A DNA stretch of 64,000 nt. Origin: an uncultured Rikenella sp. GTDB lineage: Bacteria > Bacteroidota > Bacteroidia > Bacteroidales > VadinHA17. Below, piece after piece: positions 48,209 to 58,149 of this stretch (the first letter of the stretch is position 1; each line of letters opens with the position of its first letter). The position numbers and the translations under genes are program-made. The stretch lies in assembly GCA_964488645.1 (NCBI GenBank), contig CAZAVK010000004.1:4486-68485 (forward strand), read 5' to 3'. Under the pieces are notes generated by a model, which did not search any database, was not told where the DNA came from, and worked only from the letters and a program-made list of their open reading frames with translations.

Positions 48209-50812
48209 ATGAAGAGAGCCGTTAAAATAGCGATTATCACCTTCGCAGTGCTGCTGCTGATCATACTGCTGCCGGGTATCTATGCCCTGGTACAGCAGGA
48301 TCAGGTGACCGCAGCACTGACCAGAAAGGTCAATGAGAGCGTCGATACAAGGATCTCATATGGCAGGCTGAGGGTCACCATCTTCGAATCGTTCCCGCAT
48401 ATATCCGTCAGGTTCAATGACCTGCTGGTATCTCCCTCACCCTTCTATGACAAGACACAATTCACTGATACGGAGAATGACACCCTCCTCTATGCCTCTT
48501 CTCTCTCCCTCACCATATCAACCCCCTCCCTCATCACCGGCAGAGTGGCGGTCAGGTCAATCACCGGCCGCGACGGTGTGGTCAATCTCCTGACCGATAA
48601 GCGGGGCGATTTCAACTACAGGGTAGTCAGCGAGAGCAAGGAAGAGGGCAAAGGAGTCAGGCTCAGGAATATAAGCATGCTGAACTTCAGGGCTCTCTAC
48701 CATGACCGCAAGAGCGGGCTGCTGCTGGCCGGAACAGCACAGCAGGCCATTCTGGGCGGCGAGATCTTCGGTACCGGAATCTACCTGACCTCCTCGCTCA
48801 GCACCAGGATCGACTCCCTGAGCCTGGACGGCACCACCATACGTGATATCCCTCTTGAGACGGTAATCAGGCTGCGCAAGTCATCCAGCTCGCTCTCGGT
48901 CACAAAAGGTTCACTGGCGATTGCCGACCTGAAGTTTGACATCACCGGCAGCCTCAATTATTCCACCTCTTCACTCAACCTCAGTATCGATGGCAAAAAG
49001 ATCAGCATCGCATCAGTTATATCGCACCTGCCGGAGAACTGGAAGGCATTTACCGGTCCCTTCACGCCGGCAGGCACTGTAGATATAAAATGCAGGATCA
49101 CCGGTCCGTACGGCGAGGCAGGCAATCCGCACATCGATCTCACCTACGGGCTCTCAGGAGGTAGGATGAGTCACTCCATCACCGGCTTCAGGGTCAATAA
49201 CCTGGAGTTCAGCGGCTCACTCACCAATGGCGACCGCAACTCAGCCGAGACCTTCCGGATGACGCTTGACAATCTCAGGGCCAGCTACGGCTCTGCGAGC
49301 GTGAAGGGGTCATTCATGCTGAATAACCTCACCAGGCCGCATATCAGCCTGGCACTTGACGGTGACCTCAACTTCAACGACCTCAGCCGGCTCTTCCGCT
49401 CGGGCATTATCAGGGATCAGACCGGATCGGTCGCCGGCAGCATCAGGCTCTCGGGCACCCTGCCCGAAAAACAGGGGCTGATTGCCGGACTGCCTGCACT
49501 CAGGCCGGAGATCTCATTACGCTTCAACAGGTTCAGCGCCTCACTGGCAAAAGGGAGCCTCCCCTTTTCAGATATGAACGGCACCGTGACCATCAGGCAG
49601 GACCTGGTCGCCGACAGCCTCACCTTTACCTTTATGAAACAAAAGATCACCCTTGACGCCGTGATGAAGAACTTCATCCCCTGGGTGGCAGGAACGGGAG
49701 ATCTCCTTGAGATAAGCGGTGACCTGCATACCGACATGATCGTTACTGCAAGAATTGATTCGATCCGGAGCACCATGCCTGGAAAGGAGGGCTCTGATCC
49801 CTTCCCGCAAGATATGAGGGCAAAGATACGGCTCACAGCCGACAGCCTGATATACAACAACTTCCGATCTGCGGCCTTCAGTAGCAATGTAAGTTACAGC
49901 CCCTATGTACTTAACCTGGACAGTGTAAGAGCCAGGGGGCTGGAAGGAGAGCTGACCGGAGAGCTGATGCTTGGCCGGCAGAAGGATGGCGGTTACATAT
50001 CCCGTTCAAGGCTTGATGTAAGGAATATAAATATCAACCAGGCATTCACCGCCTTCAACAATTTCGGACAGGAGTTCATTGTGAGTGACAACCTGCAGGG
50101 AAGGCTTACCGGCAACCTGACCCTGCTGGCTCCGCTCGATACCGGCTTCCGCATCATACCTGAGGCTGCCGTGGCCGAGGCACACCTGCAGATAAATGAG
50201 GGCAGGCTGATAAGCTTCGCCCCGGCCGAAAGCCTCTCATCATACCTCGATCTTGATGAGCTCAGGAATATCAGCTTCTCGAAGATGGAGAACGACCTCT
50301 ACATCAAAAACAGCACGGTAAACATCCCGAAAATGCTGATAAACTCATCGGCGGTGAATTTCACCCTCTATGGCAGCCACAGCTTTGACGGCGACTACGT
50401 GTATCATCTCCGGCTGCTGCTCTCAGAGGTGCTCAGCCGCAAGGCACGCGAGCGCAACCGGAACAACAGCTCATTCGGCAACGTAAGGGTTGATGGCAGC
50501 GGAAAAGCTACGGTGCCGCTCAGGATAGAGTGCATAAAAAACAAGATCACTGTCAGTTACGACTTCGGACAGGCGCAGGATAATATCAAAACCGATATTG
50601 CCATTGAGAAGCAGACGCTGAAAGGGATACTCAATGAGGAGTATGGATGGTATCATAATGATACAACCCTGGTGAGGTCCCGGGAGAGCAAGCCGAAATT
50701 CATTATCACCTGGGAGGAGGGCAGGGAGCAGACCCCCGTCACCGATACACGGCAGGATGAGGAGAGAGAGAGCCCGCTCAGAAACCTGCTGAAAAAGAAG
50801 AAGATGCCATGA
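48209..50812 (+). CDS. AsmA-family protein
   Basis: 867 aa. An N-terminal anchor MKRAVKIAIITFAVLLLIILLPGIY is followed by a long beta-rich repetitive body, which is the AsmA/AsmA-like C-terminal architecture. Confidence 0.75.
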   Translation: MKRAVKIAIITFAVLLLIILLPGIYALVQQDQVTAALTRKVNESVDTRISYGRLRVTIFESFPHISVRFNDLLVSPSPFYDKTQFTDTENDTLLYASSLSLTISTPSLITGRVAVRSITGRDGVVNLLTDKRGDFNYRVVSESKEEGKGVRLRNISMLNFRALYHDRKSGLLLAGTAQQAILGGEIFGTGIYLTSSLSTRIDSLSLDGTTIRDIPLETVIRLRKSSSSLSVTKGSLAIADLKFDITGSLNYSTSSLNLSIDGKKISIASVISHLPENWKAFTGPFTPAGTVDIKCRITGPYGEAGNPHIDLTYGLSGGRMSHSITGFRVNNLEFSGSLTNGDRNSAETFRMTLDNLRASYGSASVKGSFMLNNLTRPHISLALDGDLNFNDLSRLFRSGIIRDQTGSVAGSIRLSGTLPEKQGLIAGLPALRPEISLRFNRFSASLAKGSLPFSDMNGTVTIRQDLVADSLTFTFMKQKITLDAVMKNFIPWVAGTGDLLEISGDLHTDMIVTARIDSIRSTMPGKEGSDPFPQDMRAKIRLTADSLIYNNFRSAAFSSNVSYSPYVLNLDSVRARGLEGELTGELMLGRQKDGGYISRSRLDVRNININQAFTAFNNFGQEFIVSDNLQGRLTGNLTLLAPLDTGFRIIPEAAVAEAHLQINEGRLISFAPAESLSSYLDLDELRNISFSKMENDLYIKNSTVNIPKMLINSSAVNFTLYGSHSFDGDYVYHLRLLLSEVLSRKARERNRNNSSFGNVRVDGSGKATVPLRIECIKNKITVSYDFGQAQDNIKTDIAIEKQTLKGILNEEYGWYHNDTTLVRSRESKPKFIITWEEGREQTPVTDTRQDEERESPLRNLLKKKKMP

Positions 50813-51951
50813 ACATCTACAGGAAAAGATTTCTCTGGAAGGTGTTGCTGCTGATATTTGCAGTGATTATCGGTCTCGGCTCGCTCTTCTATACCCATGA
50901 CCTGGTCAACCGCCTCAAGGCTGAGGAGCGCAAGAAGGCCGAGCAGTGGGCTGAGGCTACGCGCCGGCTGGTCACCTCCGATGACTTTGAGTTCCTCTTC
51001 AGCATAATTGAAGACAATACCACCGTGCCGGTTATACTGATCGATGAGGAGGAGAGCATCATCTCACAGCGCAACCTGCCGGCATCCATCCTTACCGATA
51101 CACTGGCCATGGTGCGTGAGCTGAAGCGCATGGCCAAGCGCAATGATCCCATCCCAATTGAGCTGCCCGGAGGCATAACCAACCAGCTCTATTACCGAGA
51201 AAGCACACTGCTGCGGCAATTGCGTATCTATCCCTATGTTCAGCTGACGGTGATACTGCTCTTTATCGGCATAGCCTATGTGGCCTTCAGCGCATCACGC
51301 ATAGCTGAACAGAACCAGGTGTGGGTTGGGCTTTCACGGGAGACGGCACACCAGCTGGGGACACCCACCTCATCACTCTCAGCGTGGAGCGAGATCATCA
51401 GCAGCCGATACCCCGGATCAGATATTGCCCTGGAGCTGCATGCCGACGTGGAGCGGCTCAGCAGGGTGGCTGAACGCTTTTCACTGATTGGATCCAAACC
51501 GAAGCTGACACCCGAAGATCTGCCTGAGCTGGCAGAGACCACCGCGGCATACCTGAGAAAACGAATTGCCTCCACCATCGACCTGAAGGTGGAGAACGCC
51601 ACAACCGGCTCAGACGGGGTACCGTTCAACCATGTACTGCTCGGATGGGTCATTGAGAACCTGGTGAAGAACGCCGCAGATGCCATGAAGGGCAGCGGAA
51701 GCATAACAATACGCCTCAGCGAGTCAGGAAGGGAGGCATACATTGATGTGGAGGACACCGGCAAAGGGCTGCCGAGAAAGCTCTTCAAGACAATCTTCAG
51801 GCCAGGATATACCACGCGTGAACGGGGATGGGGGCTGGGACTCTCACTCTCAAAGCGGATAGTCGAGGAGTACCACAAGGGAAAGATATTTGTGCTTCGC
51901 TCAGAGCCCGGGCATGGATGCACCATGCGGATAGTACTGAAAAAAGGGTAG
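50809..51951 (+). CDS. sensor histidine kinase (two TM helices, no adjacent response regulator)
   Basis: H-box SRETAHQLGTPTSSL, N-box VIENLVKNAADA, G-boxes VEDTGKGL and GWGLGLSL. The ATGA overlaps the asmA-family stop. Confidence 0.85.
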   Translation: MNIYRKRFLWKVLLLIFAVIIGLGSLFYTHDLVNRLKAEERKKAEQWAEATRRLVTSDDFEFLFSIIEDNTTVPVILIDEEESIISQRNLPASILTDTLAMVRELKRMAKRNDPIPIELPGGITNQLYYRESTLLRQLRIYPYVQLTVILLFIGIAYVAFSASRIAEQNQVWVGLSRETAHQLGTPTSSLSAWSEIISSRYPGSDIALELHADVERLSRVAERFSLIGSKPKLTPEDLPELAETTAAYLRKRIASTIDLKVENATTGSDGVPFNHVLLGWVIENLVKNAADAMKGSGSITIRLSESGREAYIDVEDTGKGLPRKLFKTIFRPGYTTRERGWGLGLSLSKRIVEEYHKGKIFVLRSEPGHGCTMRIVLKKG

Positions 51952-51956
51952 CAGGA

Positions 51957-53231
51957 ATGAGGAGGGAAGATATAGAGGTGATGGCGCCGGCCGGCTCATG
52001 GGAGTCGTTGCGGGCTGCCGCCGACGGCGGGGCCGATTCGGTCTACTTCGGCGTGGGAGAGCTGAACATGAGAGCACGCTCATCGGTCAACTTCACTATC
52101 GGGAGCCTGCCTGAGCTGGCTGCATTCTGCAGGGAGAAGGGTATGCGCAGCTACCTGACCCTCAACATTGTGATCTATGATGATGAACTGGCCGGGGTGC
52201 ATGAGACCCTGCAGGCGGCGGCAAGGGCAGGGATAGATGCGGTGATTGCAACCGACCAGTCGGTCATACTGGCTGCACGAGAGGCAGGACTGCCGGTGCA
52301 CCTCTCAACGCAGCTCAACATCTCCAACAGCGGGTCGCTTAAATTCTATTCGCAGTGGGCAGATGTGGCAGTGCTGTCACGTGAGCTTAACCTGACGCAG
52401 GTGAGGCAGATATATGATACCATCCGGAGTGAAGGTATATGTGGGCCGGGGGGCTCGCACATACGCCTGGAGATGTTTGTCCACGGTGCCCTGTGCATGG
52501 CCGTATCAGGCAAGTGCTACCTCAGCCTGCATGAGTACAACACCTCGGCCAACAGGGGGAACTGTTACCAGACCTGCCGCAGGGGATATACCGTCAGGGA
52601 CCGGGAGACCGGCTATGAGCTTGATATCGACAACAAGTACATCATGTCACCCAAGGACCTCTGCACTATCGGCTTCCTTGACCAGATCATCGGTGCCGGC
52701 GCACGGGTACTGAAAATAGAGGGGAGAGCCAGGCCGCCTGAATATGTGAAGATAGTCACCCGCTGCTACAGCGAGGCGGCTGCAGCCATTGCCGACGGCA
52801 CCTATGGGGCTGAAAAAGTTGAGGAGTGGATGAAGGAGCTGCGCAAGGTATTCAACAGGGGTTTCTGGGATGGCTACTACCTGGGGCAGAAGCTCGGCGA
52901 ATGGAGCACCACCTATGGCTCGGCAGCAACCATGAGGAAGATCTACCTGGGGAAGGTGACAAACTACTATGCATGGCCGGGAGTGGCTGAGATTAAGCTT
53001 GATACCGGCTCCCTCTCGGTTGGTGACCGGCTGCTGATCACCGGGCCGGCAACCGGACTGGCTGAAGAGACGGTAGCCGAGCTGAGGGATGAGTCGGAGA
53101 AGAGCGTTGAGAGGGTTCCCAAAGGAGAGGTGTGCTCGGTGAAGACCGTCAGCCGGGTGAGACGGTATGACAAGGTGTTCAAGTGGGTGGAAGCGGCTGA
53201 GAGGGATGAGAGGGGACAAAGTAAGCAATAA
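51957..53231 (+). CDS. U32-family protein (annotated peptidase family; YegQ/TrhP-like size)
   Basis: EMFVHGALCMAVSGKCYLS matches the U32 signature E-x-F-x2-G-[SA]-[LIVM]-C-x4-G-x-C-x-[LIVM]-S. I chose the start at ATG 51957 (MRREDIEVMAPAGSWESL). Confidence 0.88.
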   Translation: MRREDIEVMAPAGSWESLRAAADGGADSVYFGVGELNMRARSSVNFTIGSLPELAAFCREKGMRSYLTLNIVIYDDELAGVHETLQAAARAGIDAVIATDQSVILAAREAGLPVHLSTQLNISNSGSLKFYSQWADVAVLSRELNLTQVRQIYDTIRSEGICGPGGSHIRLEMFVHGALCMAVSGKCYLSLHEYNTSANRGNCYQTCRRGYTVRDRETGYELDIDNKYIMSPKDLCTIGFLDQIIGAGARVLKIEGRARPPEYVKIVTRCYSEAAAAIADGTYGAEKVEEWMKELRKVFNRGFWDGYYLGQKLGEWSTTYGSAATMRKIYLGKVTNYYAWPGVAEIKLDTGSLSVGDRLLITGPATGLAEETVAELRDESEKSVERVPKGEVCSVKTVSRVRRYDKVFKWVEAAERDERGQSKQ

Positions 53232-53288
53232 AAAAGGCGAATAGGGTTTTGCAGACAACAGCCGGCAGGAAAAAGCGGGGCAGGCGGT

Positions 53289-54335
53289 TCAGAAAGAAAA
53301 CCTGATGGCTGATGCTGCCTCTGAAACCAACCAGGCGTTGATCACCTCATCATCAGTTTCAGTTTTAATATAGATGACCTTCTCTTTTGCCCTTTTCTTC
53401 AGGCCATAAAGATAGGCCTTGTCATAATATCCCAGAATGATTCTGACAGCGGTGGCATAGTCATCCTTTCTGAGCGCCGAGACTGTTTCAGCGGTTCTTT
53501 CTCCCCCGAGTCGTTTTGATATCTTCATCACGGCTGCAATGATCTGTCCGGCCGGGAAGAGGGTATACTCCCTGATCAGGCGCGGCAGCCTGGTCTCGAT
53601 ATCCATCATCAAAGCTATCAGCGGCGACTCCTGCATCTGCCGGTAGAAGCTGTCCGGCATGAAGACGGTGCCTATATTGCGGCTCTCATCCTCGAGCCAC
53701 ACCGGTTCTGTCCGGCTCATTGCCGAGAGGTCATCATACAACAGGTTTGCAAAGTGTTCAGATGATGGCTGCGGTGCCTGTCCGAGCGCCCCGAAGGCCG
53801 ACCCGCGGTGTGATGCGAGCCCCTCGAGGTCGGTCACCTGTGCTCCCGACCCGCGCATCTGCCTGAGGATGGCTGTCTTGCCGCTGCCGGTCAGGCCGCC
53901 GAGGATAATATATCTCCTGCGGCTTCCCAGCTCCTCCAGTATGTGGTTGCGGTATGCCTTGTATCCTCCTTCAAGGATCAGCGGCTCAATCTTCCCCAGT
54001 GAGAAGAGCCATGCCATCGCCTCTGAGCGCATACCGCCCCGCCAGCAGTGGAGGAGCAATCTGCCGCCGCCAGAGAGCTCCAGGGCTCTTTCCAGCTTCC
54101 CCGAAAAGGAGGGTGCAGCCAGGTCAATGCCCCGCAGTACCGCCTGCAGGTTACCCTTATGCCTGTAAATGGTCCCGACCTCTGCCCGCTCTGCATCATC
54201 GAAGAGGGGGATGTTCACCGCACCCGGAATGTGTCCGGCAGCAAACTCTCCGGGCGACCTGACATCTACCACGGGGAGCTGTTCTCTGAGCACAAGAAAC
54301 CTGGAGACAGGCAGCTTGTCGGTAAATGAAGCCAT
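53289..54335 (-). CDS. selU: tRNA 2-selenouridine(34) synthase
   Basis: A rhodanese domain with LLHCWRGGMRS is followed by the P-loop ILGGLTGSGKTAIL. 348 aa. Confidence 0.88.
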   Translation of the reverse strand: MASFTDKLPVSRFLVLREQLPVVDVRSPGEFAAGHIPGAVNIPLFDDAERAEVGTIYRHKGNLQAVLRGIDLAAPSFSGKLERALELSGGGRLLLHCWRGGMRSEAMAWLFSLGKIEPLILEGGYKAYRNHILEELGSRRRYIILGGLTGSGKTAILRQMRGSGAQVTDLEGLASHRGSAFGALGQAPQPSSEHFANLLYDDLSAMSRTEPVWLEDESRNIGTVFMPDSFYRQMQESPLIALMMDIETRLPRLIREYTLFPAGQIIAAVMKISKRLGGERTAETVSALRKDDYATAVRIILGYYDKAYLYGLKKRAKEKVIYIKTETDDEVINAWLVSEAASAIRFSF

Positions 54336-54339
54336 TGTT

Positions 54340-57156
54340 CTAACCGGGCTTATGGTATCTCTCTATCACCTTCCTGAGCTCTTCAATGGTTACAGGCTTT
54401 TCGACCAGCTCCTTCATGCCGCATTGTTCGGCTCTCTGCCTGGTCTCCGGCATACTGTCAGCCGAAAGGGCAACGATGTTGGTCTTCCCGTCATGGCTGA
54501 GGATGGTTCGTGCCGCCTCAAAGCCATCGGTATCAGGCATGATCAGATCCATCAGTATAAGGTCATAGCTCTTCTCGCGTGCCATATCGATAGCCTCCAG
54601 TCCGCCTGATGCGAAATCAGCCTCGATACCCAGTGCCCTGAGCAGTGAGCCGGCCACCTTACGGTTGAGGTAATTATCATCAACAACCAGTGTATCAGGC
54701 AGTGCTCTCTCTGTCGTCCCCTCCTTTGCCGGCTCTCTCCCGAGGGCCGGGAAGTGCTCATGAAGCACCTTCATCAGATCCTCTGTGGCAAAGGGTTTTA
54801 CCAGCAGTGAATCGATGCCCAGATCGACACACCTGGCATAATGGCCCTGGGGGTCCCTGGATGTGAACATCAGCACAATATGGTCAGAGGCAAGCCCCTC
54901 CTCCATCAGCGCCTCAGCAGCAACGAAGCCGTCAGTGCCGGGCTCATCAAAGAGCACCAGCATGACATAGCGCTCGCCGCCGTTCATAAGGGTAGTTTTT
55001 ATCTGTGAGACGGTATGCTTCTGGAAGCTGGTGACAGAGACCGGCAGGCCGGTACGGTGCAGCAGCCCCAGGAAGTCGTCATCACGACCCTCAGTACCGG
55101 TAATGGCAAGGGTGCGAATATCTTTTGTACTGGTATAGTTGTCAGGGTTTATATTCTTGATAATCCTCTCATTGAGATGTACCCTGATGGTAAACTCCAC
55201 CCTCATCCCCTTCTCCTGTCCTGAGCTATCCTTCATTGCCGGGCTCTCTGCCGTCAGTTCTCCTCCCATCAGCTCGGCCAGCTGCCTGGCAAGCACCGGC
55301 CCCAGCTTGAGGTCTTCAGCCCATCCCGACCGGTCACTCAGCGATGCAACATAGTCACCGAACAGTCTCTTGATCTCAGCACGCGTATAGGTTATTCCCG
55401 TGTCTGTGATGGTGATTCCGAGCGTAAGACGGTTTCTGTCAGACTGTTTCAGGCTACACTGAAGGCTGATACGGCCGGTCATGGTACCTGCAACCGAATT
55501 GGCAAGCAGGTTGGTGATAATCTGCCTCAGACGGTAGGGATCGCCGATAAGGCTGTCGGGTACATCATCATCAACCCGGGTTTCAAACCTTGCCAGCGTG
55601 TCGGGGTTCTGACGCTTCACCAGGTTGACGCAGTAATCAATCTCCTCCCTGAGCCTGAACGGTATCTCGTCAAGGATCATCTTGCCTGACTCAACCTTCG
55701 ATACATCAAAGATATCATTGATGATCGACAGCAGCAGTTCGGCCGAGCGCCTGAGCAGTCCGGCTATCTCCCTGGTCTCTTCAGGAATCTCCGACCGGTC
55801 AAGTATCTCGGTCATTCCGAGTATGCTGTTTAGCGGAGTGCGTATCTCAAAACTCATCCTTGCCAGCAGCTCAGACCTGGCTATGTTGGCATCAGCCTCA
55901 TGCCTGCGGGCCAGTTCCAGCGAAGTGATATCGATAAGTGATACCAGCGTGTGACTCTCGCCGTTCCAGGTGACCGGTACGCTGTTCTGAAAGATGATCT
56001 TCTCGCCACCCTCTGCCATCAGCCTGAGGATTCTGCCACTGCCAAGCTTTGCTGCAAGGTCTGTGAGATATTCATTCCGTTTCAGGTCGGGCATCAGCTT
56101 ACCCCTCATCCCGGTATCGTTCTCGTATGAGAAGAGCCTGGCAGCCTGACTGTTCGCCCTGATTATCTCATTGGCTTCATTATGCAGCACCACACCCACC
56201 GGCATCTGCTCAATGATCGAGATCAGGCTCTCCTCCGAGCTGCTCTTTTCTGCCAGCCTGCGGGCCTGCTTCCGAAGCAGCCGCCTGAAAAGGAAAATTA
56301 TGAAGAGCATGGTCAGCATCGTGAGCAGGCCGAGTATTACCGAATTCCTCACAATATATTTCTGAAAAAATTCGGTCTCTGCCGAAAAGACCAGGCTGAA
56401 ATCAAGTCCGAATATCGAGACAGGATAAAATGATGAGAGTATCTCCTTCTGTCTGCCGTCAATCAGTGCCGTGTGGTAGAGCCTGCCTGAGCTGCCGCTC
56501 TCCAGGGCATCGCTCACCCGTTCCAGGCTGCTGTAGTCTGCCTCACTGCCCAGGTTGTCGAACACTATGGTTCCGTTCTCATCGGTCACCCACTGCCACT
56601 GGAAATGTTCAAGGTTATATTTGGCAAACACACCGGCAAAGTAGCGCCTGAATTCGACCGTTACAGCCAGGTTGCCCAGCAGCTCCCCTCCGCTGGTCAG
56701 CGGATAATAATAGCGGTAACGGTCGCGGTCGCTCTCCAGCAACGGCTCTGTGTGGACATGTGGTATATTCTGTGCCCGGTAGGAACCGTCAATCCATGAA
56801 TTGCGCTCCTCATCCTTGTATAGGGTATAAACGTCGCCAGTGGTGTTGTAAAGCATCAGGCCGGTGATAATATCGCCATAGCGGGAGTAATAGAGCTTCA
56901 TTTTTTCCTTTACGCTCTCATCGGCATCATGTGACCGGGTGAAGAGATGGCCGCCTTCAGCAAAGTTCATCTCAGTGAGGTCGGCAACAATGTTCATGCT
57001 GGTGTTATCGATATCTGATCCGGCAATAATTGCCTGTCTATCAAGCAGTTTGCTGGAATACTCGAGCTGATTACGGGAGAGGCTGTAGTAAAACAACACC
57101 GTAACCAGCATCAACAGCACGAAGGCTGAATAGACAGCCACAAAGGTCCTCTTCAT
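54340..57156 (-). CDS. hybrid sensor histidine kinase/response regulator (periplasmic sensor, PAS, HisKA, HATPase, degenerate receiver plus canonical receiver)
   Basis: The segment between TM1 and TM2 is Cache-like. H-box is MSFEIRTPLNSILGM and N-box is IITNLLANSV. The terminal receiver has TLVVDDN...LILMDLIMPDTDG...VEKP. Confidence 0.9.
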   Translation of the reverse strand: MKRTFVAVYSAFVLLMLVTVLFYYSLSRNQLEYSSKLLDRQAIIAGSDIDNTSMNIVADLTEMNFAEGGHLFTRSHDADESVKEKMKLYYSRYGDIITGLMLYNTTGDVYTLYKDEERNSWIDGSYRAQNIPHVHTEPLLESDRDRYRYYYPLTSGGELLGNLAVTVEFRRYFAGVFAKYNLEHFQWQWVTDENGTIVFDNLGSEADYSSLERVSDALESGSSGRLYHTALIDGRQKEILSSFYPVSIFGLDFSLVFSAETEFFQKYIVRNSVILGLLTMLTMLFIIFLFRRLLRKQARRLAEKSSSEESLISIIEQMPVGVVLHNEANEIIRANSQAARLFSYENDTGMRGKLMPDLKRNEYLTDLAAKLGSGRILRLMAEGGEKIIFQNSVPVTWNGESHTLVSLIDITSLELARRHEADANIARSELLARMSFEIRTPLNSILGMTEILDRSEIPEETREIAGLLRRSAELLLSIINDIFDVSKVESGKMILDEIPFRLREEIDYCVNLVKRQNPDTLARFETRVDDDVPDSLIGDPYRLRQIITNLLANSVAGTMTGRISLQCSLKQSDRNRLTLGITITDTGITYTRAEIKRLFGDYVASLSDRSGWAEDLKLGPVLARQLAELMGGELTAESPAMKDSSGQEKGMRVEFTIRVHLNERIIKNINPDNYTSTKDIRTLAITGTEGRDDDFLGLLHRTGLPVSVTSFQKHTVSQIKTTLMNGGERYVMLVLFDEPGTDGFVAAEALMEEGLASDHIVLMFTSRDPQGHYARCVDLGIDSLLVKPFATEDLMKVLHEHFPALGREPAKEGTTERALPDTLVVDDNYLNRKVAGSLLRALGIEADFASGGLEAIDMAREKSYDLILMDLIMPDTDGFEAARTILSHDGKTNIVALSADSMPETRQRAEQCGMKELVEKPVTIEELRKVIERYHKPG

Positions 57157-57183
57157 GCATCAAGTATATCTCAAGTATAACGC

Positions 57184-58110
57184 CTATCTGTACTTTTCAT
57201 TGTCTCCAAGCATTATACTGACATAGCTCCTGTATCTCCATGGCTCTATCTCGTTGCGTGCCACCGCCAAGGTTACTGCACAACCCGGCTCATCAAGATG
57301 GAGGCAGTTATGAAACCTGCATCCTGATGAGACCCTGAAGATCTCCGGGAAGAAGTGATAGACCTCCCCGGGGTCGAAATCGATCACTCCGAACCCCCTG
57401 ATTCCAGGGGTATCAATAATATATCCTCCCTGCGGAAGCCGGTGCATCTCGGGAAAGGTGGTGACATGCGTACCCTGTTCATGATACTCCGACACCGGAC
57501 TGGTGCGCAGCCCGAGTGACGGGTTAAGCCTGTTGATGATGGTGCTCTTTCCCACCCCCGAATTGCCCGACAGGAGTGTAACCCTGTCTTTCAGTATCGC
57601 TTCCAGCGGCTTAATATCCTCATCCTCACGAGCCGAGATGATATACACCGGGTAGCCGATCTTCCCGTATACCTCCCTGAGCTGTTGCGAACGGGCCATC
57701 TCCACGCTGCCGTAGAGATCGCTCTTGTTAATTATAATATACGCGGGTATACGATATGCCTCGGCCGTGGCCAGGAAGCGGTCAACGAACTCCACGGGGG
57801 TGGCAGGCATCATAACCGTGATCACCAGGAGAGCCTGATCAATATTTGCAGCAAGTATCTGAGACTCTTTCGACAGGTTGGATGCCCTGCGTATTATATA
57901 GTTCTTTCTTGGCGAAAGGCCTATAATGATACGTTCTGCCACATCAATTGTGACATTGTCACCCACGGCAACCGGGTTGGTTGTTCGGGTGCCGCTGACC
58001 CTGAAGCGGCCCCTGAGCAGACACTCATGAATTATGCCGTCACCATCCCTGACCAGGTAGCGGCTGCCGGTCGACTTTATCACAACCCCCTCTCTTACCC
58101 CATTCATCAT
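57184..58110 (-). CDS. rsgA: ribosome small subunit-dependent GTPase A
   Basis: The GTPase is circularly permuted (IIINKSDL before GNSGVGKSTIIN), with a C-terminal zinc finger CRFHNCLHLDEPGCAV. Confidence 0.9.
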   Translation of the reverse strand: MMNGVREGVVIKSTGSRYLVRDGDGIIHECLLRGRFRVSGTRTTNPVAVGDNVTIDVAERIIIGLSPRKNYIIRRASNLSKESQILAANIDQALLVITVMMPATPVEFVDRFLATAEAYRIPAYIIINKSDLYGSVEMARSQQLREVYGKIGYPVYIISAREDEDIKPLEAILKDRVTLLSGNSGVGKSTIINRLNPSLGLRTSPVSEYHEQGTHVTTFPEMHRLPQGGYIIDTPGIRGFGVIDFDPGEVYHFFPEIFRVSSGCRFHNCLHLDEPGCAVTLAVARNEIEPWRYRSYVSIMLGDNEKYR

Positions 58111-58149
58111 TGCCGGTTAGGTGCGCCAGCCCATCCAGGGCTGCTGATC

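Noticed and set aside
52647-53258. A 203-aa minus-strand ORF
   Set aside because: It is antisense to the C-terminal half of the U32 gene and has no motifs. It is a shadow ORF.
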